From a bacterium DOLZORAL124_38_8 (lineage in GTDB: Bacteria; Patescibacteriota; Gracilibacteria; UBA4473): 64,000 nucleotides of DNA. The notes under the pieces are model-generated. The model was not told where the DNA came from. It saw only the letters and a list, made by a program, of their open reading frames with translations, and did no database searches. Below, piece by piece: positions 57,310 through 64,000 of the stretch. The DNA is taken from assembly GCA_002747745.1 (NCBI GenBank), contig PDQG01000004.1, forward strand, positions 183,216 to 247,215, given 5' to 3'. Position 1 is the first letter of the stretch. Each line of letters opens with the position of its first letter. A program made the position numbers and the translations under genes.

Positions 57310-57603
57310 TTAGAACGGAAGGTCTTCGGCGGTTAATTCTTCTTCGTTTGAGTTGGCCGCTGGAGCAGCCGTGTTGCCGCTATTTTCTGGTTTCCATGTG
57401 TCAACTTCTAGATAATGTGTCATTCCCCCAGCGCTTGGTTCTCGTCGTTGTTTTACGGTTACGTTTACCCAACCGCTGTCAGATCCGTTTGATTGTTCGC
57501 TTAATTTTTCGATATCTTCTTTTGAAAAAGAAAGTCGCATAAGTTCCCCGTATTGAGTTTTGATTACTTTTCCGTTTCCGCAGTAAATTTTGTCTTGAGA
57601 CAT
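57310..57603 (-). CDS. small hypothetical protein with an SSB-like acidic C-terminal tip (...EEELTAEDLPF)
   Basis: 97-aa ATG-initiated ORF: a folded-looking ~65-aa N-terminal part, a Gly/Asn/Ala-rich linker 'PENSGNTAAPAANSN', and an acidic tail ending DLPF. Confidence 0.5.
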   Translation of the reverse strand: MSQDKIYCGNGKVIKTQYGELMRLSFSKEDIEKLSEQSNGSDSGWVNVTVKQRREPSAGGMTHYLEVDTWKPENSGNTAAPAANSNEEELTAEDLPF

Positions 57604-57691
57604 AGTCGTTTTTGGTATTAAAAAATTTCTTTTCTATCATAAAAAATATTTGTTGGCTGACAAATATTTGTGGTAATTCATCAGACAAAAA

Positions 57692-58053
57692 GCTCTTTTT
57701 TGAGTAAGCCGAGTTTGGTTTGGTATCATCATTTCTCTTATTCCCAGACTTTTCAGTCAGGTTTTATCGGCTGGACACTTGAACGGTCAAAGATGAAAAA
57801 ACACATCTCTCGCTCAAGAGACCACCAGCTTCTCTGCCAAAAGGGTTTTGCCTCACAACCAGTTGCCTCGGTTGTGCAGATTTCATATCTCTGAAATCTC
57901 TTTTCACTCGAGTCCGTCAAGGACGGAAGATTTTGTTTCTGTGCCACTTTCCCTCAATCAAAAAATGATTGGATCGGCGGTTAGCCGTTTTTGTGTTTTT
58001 TGTGCAGCTCGGACTTTCCTCTCACGGTGGAGCGATGATATTCAAAAAAGAGC
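57692..58053 (-). ncRNA. rnpB: RNase P RNA (bacterial, type A-like)
   Basis: The reverse complement contains the P4 halves 'GAGGAAAGTCCGAGC' and 'ACCAAACTCGGCTTA'. It also has 'GGGAAAGTGGCACAGAAACAAAA'. P1 pairs GCTCTTTTTTGA with TCAAAAAAGAGC, and P2 pairs ATCATC with GATGAT. Confidence 0.9.
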
Positions 58054-58059
58054 GTTTTC

Positions 58060-58088
58060 TTTATAAAGGGCGGGGAGCGGTTTGTCAA
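58060..58088 (-). promoter_or_regulatory. sigma70-type promoter of rnpB
   Basis: Minus strand TTGACA (58088-58083), a 17-nt spacer, then TATAAA (58065-58060). This places +1 at the first G of the P1 stem (about 58053). Confidence 0.65.
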
Positions 58089-58095
58089 AAACTTC

Positions 58096-58908
58096 TTATT
58101 TCCAAACACTTGGTAAAATGTCGGTCCAGCTAACGGGTCGGAGTAAGGCTGAAACTTTGTTGTTTCGGTGTTTTCGTAAGAAAGAAAATAAAATATTTTC
58201 TTGGCGTGGGTATCTGAATTGTTCCTCTAAGGGGAAATCGTAAAAGAAAAAGGATTGCTTGGGGGCTATTGGAGTGTGTAGGAAGATTCTTTTCTCTGCT
58301 AAATTTTTTGCTTTGTTTAATTGTTGATTCACAAAGTGGGTTTCTACCGGGTGAATGGTTCCAACTTTTTCTTCCAAAAGTTCTTGGACGGTTTTGGTTG
58401 TTTCGGAAGCGTTTTTTATTGCGAATAGTTTTTGGGGCGAGATGAATGCAATATGTGTTTGTGGTAAATTAGTTGCTGGTATGTAGGGATAAGCAAAAGA
58501 ATAACGGTAGGAAAACCCCGCCAGTCCAAAGCCAGAAGGAGATTTTTGAGCGTGTTTGTATAATTCTTTAAACATTTCAATTCGGTCTTGAGTCGAATGA
58601 ACCCAATGTTGTTGATTGATTTGGTCTTGGTTTACGACCCATTGGAGTTTTAAGTATTTCTGGTTTTCTTTTTGAAGTGGAATATTCCAAGCATCGCCCC
58701 AAATGGGTTTGTTGAAGCGGTTTAGAAATAATCGGTTTACAAATTTGGCACATTCATTTTTAGAATTGTCAATTTGTTGACTGGTTTTGAGGAATGTTTG
58801 ATGGGCAAAGGATTCGTTCCAGTCAGAAAACTGTATCGCTTGAGTGGGGGGGACCCAACTGAAAACGATGATAGAAATTAAGAGCTGGATGAATCTTTTT
58901 TGTGCCAA
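58096..58908 (-). CDS. hypothetical secreted protein (possible papain-like/CHAP-type Cys-His pair, speculative)
   Basis: TTG-initiated 270-aa ORF; signal peptide 'LLISIIVFSWVPPTQA'. 'NECAKFVNRLF' and 'QTHIAFISP' could be a Cys/His pair. Confidence 0.45.
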   Translation of the reverse strand: MAQKRFIQLLISIIVFSWVPPTQAIQFSDWNESFAHQTFLKTSQQIDNSKNECAKFVNRLFLNRFNKPIWGDAWNIPLQKENQKYLKLQWVVNQDQINQQHWVHSTQDRIEMFKELYKHAQKSPSGFGLAGFSYRYSFAYPYIPATNLPQTHIAFISPQKLFAIKNASETTKTVQELLEEKVGTIHPVETHFVNQQLNKAKNLAEKRIFLHTPIAPKQSFFFYDFPLEEQFRYPRQENILFSFLRKHRNNKVSALLRPVSWTDILPSVWK

Positions 58909-58970
58909 AATAAATTGAGTTTTACTAGATATTTTTTAGTATCGGTGAGAGTTTAATGAGAATTTAAAAA

Positions 58971-60800
58971 ATGAAAAAACCAAAACCAAGAAATTTCAAA
59001 AAAACAAATCCTTTTTTGATTTTGTTTTTAGTCGCGGTTATTGGCGCCGGGATTTCTTTACTATCTGGAGGATTAACGATGTTAGGCGTGATTCCTGAAT
59101 CTCCGAAAAAGGTGGACTTGGCAACCTTTTTAACAGAATACAAACAAGATCATTTGAAAGAAGTTATTGTGAGCGACGAAAAAGTTACTGGGGTGTTGAA
59201 AGATACAAAAAAATCGAGAATTTTTGCGGTAAAGGAAGCGGGAGTAAACGCTGTTGATTTAGAATTTATGAAAGAGCCTGTACAGGCGAAGATTACGATT
59301 GATGATTCGGTAAGTGGGCATGAAGTTTTTGAAATGTTTTTGAGTTTTTTGCCTTTACTCTTAATTTTGGGAATCTTCTTTTTTCTAACAAGAAAAATGA
59401 GTGGGGCTGGTGGAGAAGGCGGACCATTTGGGTTTGGAAAAACCAAAGCCCGAATCTTTGACGTGAAGAGTGCGAAAACGAAGTTTTCGGATGTGGCGGG
59501 GGCCGAAGAAGCCAAAGAAGAAGTAATGGAGTTGGTGGATTTTTTGAAAAACCCTAAAAAGTACCAAAAAATGGGGGCAAAAATTCCGAAAGGAATTTTG
59601 ATGGTTGGTCCACCTGGAACGGGAAAAACACTTTTAGCTCGAGCCATTGCCGGAGAAGCCAAAGTACCATTCTTTAGCGTATCCGGGTCAGAGTTTGTTG
59701 AAATGTTTGTTGGAGTCGGAGCGTCTCGCGTACGAGATTTGTTTAAAACAGCCAAACAAAATGCGCCAGCGATTATTTTTATGGATGAAATTGATGCGAT
59801 TGGGAAAAAACGAGGCAAAGGTTCTGGTGGTGGACATGATGAACGAGAGCAAACGTTGAATCAAATTTTGACGGAAATGGACGGGTTTGAAGAAGGCCAC
59901 ACGGTTATTGTGATTGCGGCGACAAATCGTCCAGAAACGTTGGATAAAGCGTTGTTGCGACCGGGACGATTTGATCGACGAGTTCATATTGATTTGCCAG
60001 ACATGAATGCTCGAAAACAAATTTTAGAAGTACATGCGCGAAATAAAAAAATGGAAGATGGGGTTGATTTAGCAACAATTGCGAGCAAAACAGTTGGGTT
60101 TTCAGGAGCCGATATTGAAAACGTGTTAAATGAGGCGGCTATTTTGGCGGTTAAGAATCGAAAAGAAAAAATTGAACAAGCTGATTTACATGCGGCAGTA
60201 GAAAAAGTGGCGATTGGGCCAGAACGAAAAAGTAGGAAGTTTACGGAAAAAGAACGAAAAATGACCTCGTATCATGAAGTGGGGCACGCGTTAGCGGGGC
60301 ATTTTTGTGAGTACCATGATCCAGTTCACAAAATTTCTATTGTGTCTCGAGGACGAACTTTGGGTGTGACGTGGTTCTTGCCAGAAGAAGATGTGTATTC
60401 AAAAACAAAACAACAATTGTTTGACGAAATGGTCAGTTTGCAAGGAGGGCGAATGGCGGAAAAACTTATTTTTGGAGAAGAACAATTAACGACCGGCGCT
60501 TCGAATGATTTAGAGCGAATTTCGGCCATTGCGCGGAGTATGGTAATGCGATACGGAATGGGATCAGACACAGTTGGACCAGTGGTGTTTGTGTCGGAAA
60601 ACGAGTTTCAAAAACCGTATTCAGAAGAAACAGCACGACTGATTGATTTGGAAGTAAAGAAACTTATTGATGAATCAGAAAAAATAGCTTTTGAGACGTT
60701 AAAAAAACATAAAAAATTGTTGATTAAAATTTCAGAAGATTTGTTAGAAAAAGAAAATATTACGAAAGAAGAATTTTTATCATATTTTGAAGAAAAATAA
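58971..60800 (+). CDS. ftsH: ATP-dependent zinc metalloprotease FtsH
   Basis: Two TM helices, '[18 protein letters not shown]', '[11 protein letters not shown]', SRH '[19 protein letters not shown]' and zinc motif 'HEVGHAL'. Confidence 0.97.
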   Translation: MKKPKPRNFKKTNPFLILFLVAVIGAGISLLSGGLTMLGVIPESPKKVDLATFLTEYKQDHLKEVIVSDEKVTGVLKDTKKSRIFAVKEAGVNAVDLEFMKEPVQAKITIDDSVSGHEVFEMFLSFLPLLLILGIFFFLTRKMSGAGGEGGPFGFGKTKARIFDVKSAKTKFSDVAGAEEAKEEVMELVDFLKNPKKYQKMGAKIPKGILMVGPPGTGKTLLARAIAGEAKVPFFSVSGSEFVEMFVGVGASRVRDLFKTAKQNAPAIIFMDEIDAIGKKRGKGSGGGHDEREQTLNQILTEMDGFEEGHTVIVIAATNRPETLDKALLRPGRFDRRVHIDLPDMNARKQILEVHARNKKMEDGVDLATIASKTVGFSGADIENVLNEAAILAVKNRKEKIEQADLHAAVEKVAIGPERKSRKFTEKERKMTSYHEVGHALAGHFCEYHDPVHKISIVSRGRTLGVTWFLPEEDVYSKTKQQLFDEMVSLQGGRMAEKLIFGEEQLTTGASNDLERISAIARSMVMRYGMGSDTVGPVVFVSENEFQKPYSEETARLIDLEVKKLIDESEKIAFETLKKHKKLLIKISEDLLEKENITKEEFLSYFEEK

Positions 60801-60830
60801 TTTTATTTTGTGATTTGCGAAAGAATTATG

Positions 60831-60860
60831 AAAAAAACTGCTGATTCAGCAGTTTTTTTG
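60831..60860 (+). terminator. intrinsic terminator after ftsH
   Basis: aaactgctga-t-tcagcagttt palindrome followed by a T7 run. Confidence 0.75.
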
Positions 60861-60910
60861 TGGTAAATGTTTGTGGTTTTTTTCTGGATTTTCTATAGTG
60901 CGAGTGTTTT

Positions 60911-62188
60911 ATGCGTATTTTTTTTCTTGGGTTTTTGATTCTTTGTTCGTGCTGGAGCACGAATGTTTTGGCAAAATCTCCGCAAAAAATACGGTTATTG
61001 TTTGAAGATCGTGCTTTTGACTTGAATTTTCGATTGTATCCAAACTTATTGACCACAAAACCAGTTCAACATTTAGTGCTCGGAAGTCGAACGCTGTCTC
61101 TGCCTTCACTGGTTCTTGAGAAAGATACGGTTTTATTTCCACTTAAAACTACTTTTCAGCCAGTGGTTTCAGAGATTGAACTGAAAACATTGTTGGAGGA
61201 TGCTGGGTTTTTGAAAGACTTGGATGCGAATCCGGTAGAAATTAATTTTGATACGAAAACGGATAATATTACGTTTTTAGGTCATCCAGCGGTTGAATAT
61301 AAATTTGATTTTTCGGTATTGGTTCATTTGGTGAACAATGCGTTGCAAAATGGGATAAAAAATGTACGAGTGCCCGCTCAGAAACAATACTCTCAGGTGG
61401 TCGTACATCCAGATTTACAAGAAAAGGGTATTAAAGAAGTGGTTTCGATTGGAGAATCAAACTTTCGTGGCTCTTCTTGGGCTCGGCGGAAGAATATTGT
61501 GGCTGCAGCTAAAATTATGAACGGAACGCTGATAAAACCGGGTGAAATATTCTCGTTTAATAAAACGCTGGGGTCCGTTGATGAAACAAATGGGTTTGTG
61601 CCTGAGTTGGTTATTAAAGGAAACGAAACCGTGCCGGAATTAGGTGGTGGGGTGTGTCAGGTCTCGACTACATTGTTTCGGTCTGTATTTTATGGAGGAT
61701 TTCCGGTTATTAGAAGGCGTTCGCATAGTTATTCGGTGCCCTACTATCGTCCCGTGGGGCTAGATGCTGCTATTTACTTAGGACAACTTGATTTTCGATT
61801 TAGAAACGACACAAAAAATCATTTATTGATTCAGGCTTTTGTAGAGGGGAATAATTTAAATTTTGTGTTATATGGGACGGCTCAAAATCGCCAAGTTTTA
61901 GCCGAAGGGCCGTTTATTTCGGAATGGAAACCGGAACCAAAATCAAAATATTTTGAAACCATGGATTTGCCAGTGGGAGAGAAAATTATAGATGCACCGG
62001 GTCATCCTGGGTTTACGGCTAAATGGCGGCGGATTATTCAACGCAATGGGAAAAAGGTGAAAGAATTGTTTGAATCGAAATACCGTCCTTGGCCTGCGAA
62101 GGTTCGAATTGGCGTGTCTCAGTTGTCAGAACCAACGAAAGCAAAAAATCTCTTGCCAGAACAACCTTTGTATGAAGTTCCTCAATAA
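60911..62188 (+). CDS. VanW family protein
   Basis: Signal peptide; 'GGGVCQVSTTLFRSVFYGGFPVIRRRSHSYSVPYY' is the VanW core motif. Confidence 0.85.
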   Translation: MRIFFLGFLILCSCWSTNVLAKSPQKIRLLFEDRAFDLNFRLYPNLLTTKPVQHLVLGSRTLSLPSLVLEKDTVLFPLKTTFQPVVSEIELKTLLEDAGFLKDLDANPVEINFDTKTDNITFLGHPAVEYKFDFSVLVHLVNNALQNGIKNVRVPAQKQYSQVVVHPDLQEKGIKEVVSIGESNFRGSSWARRKNIVAAAKIMNGTLIKPGEIFSFNKTLGSVDETNGFVPELVIKGNETVPELGGGVCQVSTTLFRSVFYGGFPVIRRRSHSYSVPYYRPVGLDAAIYLGQLDFRFRNDTKNHLLIQAFVEGNNLNFVLYGTAQNRQVLAEGPFISEWKPEPKSKYFETMDLPVGEKIIDAPGHPGFTAKWRRIIQRNGKKVKELFESKYRPWPAKVRIGVSQLSEPTKAKNLLPEQPLYEVPQ

Positions 62189-62195
62189 TTTATTC

Positions 62196-63014
62196 TTACG
62201 GTTGAAGTGTGAATTTTTCACGAAGTTTAGCTAAGTTTTTGTAAAATTGTTTGTGTTTTGGGGTGTGAAATTGTGATTGGAAATGTTTTAACCAATGGTT
62301 TTTTCGGCGTGTGAGTTTCGGAATTGATTTTTGTTGGTTCGTTCGACCGTGGATGGTGTAATAGAAAAATAAAGGTTGTTTTCCTTGGTTTTGGATACGA
62401 GACCCAATGCGACCAACATATTGATGATCAGGATGTTCATCTTTTTGAGAAGGCAAAAAGATTTCCCGTGCGGGGAATTTTTTGCTTATATTGTTTAGTA
62501 TTTTTGCCAACGCGTTGGTTGTATAAGGGATGTTGGGATAATCGGCAGAGCGTCCGCTATGTGTTTTATTAGTATATGGAGAACGGTATGGCGTGAGGGG
62601 TTTTAGTTTGGTTAGACCGGCATCGGGAAACCCTAGAAAAAGGACATCTTTCTTTTGGATTCCAATCTCTTGTAAACTTTTGAGGGATTCTTGCTTGCGG
62701 GTTTCTCCATATTGAATGGCGTTTTGTGGATGTGCGTCCCCATTGGTGAAAATAATTACTTTAATATTCCCTTTGTTTTTCAAGATTTTTTGCATGGTGT
62801 GTCCACAACACAACACTTCATCATCGGGGTGGGCGGCTAAAACATAACTCCATGTTTTTGGTGCTTTTTTAGTGGTGGTTTTTTCTGTCGTTGGAGTCAC
62901 TGGTGCATAACGTAAATATCGATTGGAAACCGTTCTGCGGCGTGAAAATTGATGTGCTTGCGTGTGTGAAAACACGAACGTTGTGGCAACTAAAAATGCA
63001 TAGAAATATTTCAT
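62196..63014 (-). CDS. PIG-L/LmbE family deacetylase, secreted
   Basis: From MKYFYAFLVATTFVFSHTQA (ATG at 63014): 'VLAAHPDDEVLCCGHTM', 'FTNGD' and 'DEHPDH' motifs. Confidence 0.8.
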   Translation of the reverse strand: MKYFYAFLVATTFVFSHTQAHQFSRRRTVSNRYLRYAPVTPTTEKTTTKKAPKTWSYVLAAHPDDEVLCCGHTMQKILKNKGNIKVIIFTNGDAHPQNAIQYGETRKQESLKSLQEIGIQKKDVLFLGFPDAGLTKLKPLTPYRSPYTNKTHSGRSADYPNIPYTTNALAKILNNISKKFPAREIFLPSQKDEHPDHQYVGRIGSRIQNQGKQPLFFYYTIHGRTNQQKSIPKLTRRKNHWLKHFQSQFHTPKHKQFYKNLAKLREKFTLQP

Positions 63015-63088
63015 CGGACAAAATGATAGCGAAATCCCCTTTTTTTGGCGAGTTGTTTTTTTGATTGTTTGAAGTATGATTAGTGAAA

Positions 63089-64000
63089 ATGAAACAAAAA
63101 CAATATTTAGTCGCCATTCATAAAGCCTTGGGGTTGACCTTTTTACGATACAAAAAACTTTCTCCAGTTTTTGCAAATAATTGGCAAAATCTTTGGAAAG
63201 CTTCTTTGAATGAATTATTAGAAGTCGGTCTTTCGAAAAAAGAAATCGAACGATTTGTGTCGGAGCGAACCAAAATTAACCCAGTTGAAGAATACGAATA
63301 TTTACAACAGCGTGGTATTTCCGTTTTATTTTACGAGGACGAACTCTTTCCCCCACAATTAAAAAATATTTATAATCCGCCAGTGCTACTTTTTATGAGA
63401 GGTTCTCTCTTACCAACGGATTTTCCTTCGGTGTCAGTGGTGGGCGCTCGGAAGATATCAGATTATGGGAAACGAGCGTTGGAACATATTGTAAAAGAAG
63501 TCGCCCAAGCGGGTGTGACCATTGTGTCGGGACTCGCTTTGGGAACCGATGTCTTAGCCCATCAAGTGGCGGTGCAAAATGGGGCGAGAACCATTGCGGT
63601 GTTGGGAAATGCCATTGATTCTATTTATCCTAAAGCTAATGAACGGTTTGCCAACCAATTGATTGAAGAAAATCAAGGCGTGATTTTGTCAGAATATCTT
63701 CCTGGTACGAAGATATCGCCGGGAAATTTCCCGCAACGAAATCGGATTGTTTCGGGGTTGTCTCGGGCGACCATTATTGTAGAAGCGGCGGAAAAGTCGG
63801 GGAGTCTGATTACTGGAAAACTGGCAATTGATCAAAATAAGGAATTGTTTGTAGTTCCTGGGAGTATTTTTTCTCAAAATTCAGCGGGAACGAACCAGTT
63901 ATTACTTTCGGGTGAGGCGTTCCCCGTATTGTCGGGAAAACAAGTGTTGGAACATTTACAATTAGGGAATAATACGATTGAAACTAAAAAGGTGCAACAA
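63089..64000 (+). CDS. dprA: DNA processing protein DprA (Smf), 3' end beyond window
   Basis: Not in the ORF track because no stop is reached. The frame from the ATG at 63089 is open to 64000. It encodes 'VSVVGARKISDYG', 'GVTIVSGLALGTDVLAHQ', 'TIAVLGNAIDSIYP', 'FPQRNRIVSGLSRATIIVEAAEKSGSLIT'. Confidence 0.9.
   Translation, partial: MKQKQYLVAIHKALGLTFLRYKKLSPVFANNWQNLWKASLNELLEVGLSKKEIERFVSERTKINPVEEYEYLQQRGISVLFYEDELFPPQLKNIYNPPVLLFMRGSLLPTDFPSVSVVGARKISDYGKRALEHIVKEVAQAGVTIVSGLALGTDVLAHQVAVQNGARTIAVLGNAIDSIYPKANERFANQLIEENQGVILSEYLPGTKISPGNFPQRNRIVSGLSRATIIVEAAEKSGSLITGKLAIDQNKELFVVPGSIFSQNSAGTNQLLLSGEAFPVLSGKQVLEHLQLGNNTIETKKVQQ

Noticed and set aside
57670-58066. Three 60-75 aa ORFs between the SSB-tip gene and the 58096 gene.
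   Set aside because: The region is fully explained by RNase P RNA on the minus strand.
59150-60020. Antisense ORFs inside ftsH (59150-59818, 59688-60020).
   Set aside because: They are shadow ORFs opposite a perfectly conserved FtsH coding sequence.
60826-61142. Minus-strand ORFs (76 and 77 aa) between ftsH and the VanW gene.
   Set aside because: They span the ftsH terminator and the signal-peptide region of the VanW gene. Their translations are basic and low-complexity.
1-64000. Possibility of a recoded genetic code (UGA=Gly, as in some candidate phyla).
   Set aside because: Conserved genes (cysS, metG, uvrB, ftsH, recA, purL) are full length and uninterrupted with TGA as a stop. Many genes terminate at TGA at family-typical lengths.

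Overview
AT-rich, gene-dense chromosomal segment: about 60 protein genes, one tRNA and the RNase P RNA. It reads cleanly in the standard genetic code, since long ORFs are intact with TGA as a stop. I found no rRNA, CRISPR array, transposase or integrase. Most of the content is housekeeping. This includes cysS, metG, ftsK, ruvX, secG, rplJ-rplL, murC, purL, uvrB, recA, ftsH, gmk, dcd, trpB and rnpB. Mixed in are envelope and surface genes: a 1421-aa cysteine-free SLH-anchored S-layer-type protein, a LysM/M23 peptidase, a VanW protein, a PIG-L deacetylase, a DUF4012-like protein and several large hypothetical membrane proteins. The combination of small orphan metabolic genes, a DUF4012-like protein, a VirD4-like ATPase with a long unknown N-terminal domain, a Com-type pilin and dprA fits an uncultivated reduced-genome (CPR/Patescibacteria- or Peregrinibacteria-like) bacterium. 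That placement is inference only. I did not find a clear novel multi-gene system such as a defence island. The observations most worth a second look are listed here. (1) A ComGC-like prepilin whose only ATG is out of frame because of a perfect (CA)10 tract in the leader, which looks like a slipped-strand ON/OFF switch; it sits directly downstream of a lone VirD4/TraD-like ATPase. (2) A 97-aa protein with an SSB-type acidic ...EDLPF C-terminal tip but no canonical SSB N-terminus. (3) A GIY-YIG gene bracketed by 38-bp near-identical hairpin direct repeats. (4) A MutY that lacks the Fe-S cysteine ligands and is fused to a domain with a complete MutT Nudix box. (5) The S-layer gene with its long leader. 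(6) Two operon-like groups of uncharacterised envelope proteins. All functional calls rest on motif recognition by eye; no database search was run.
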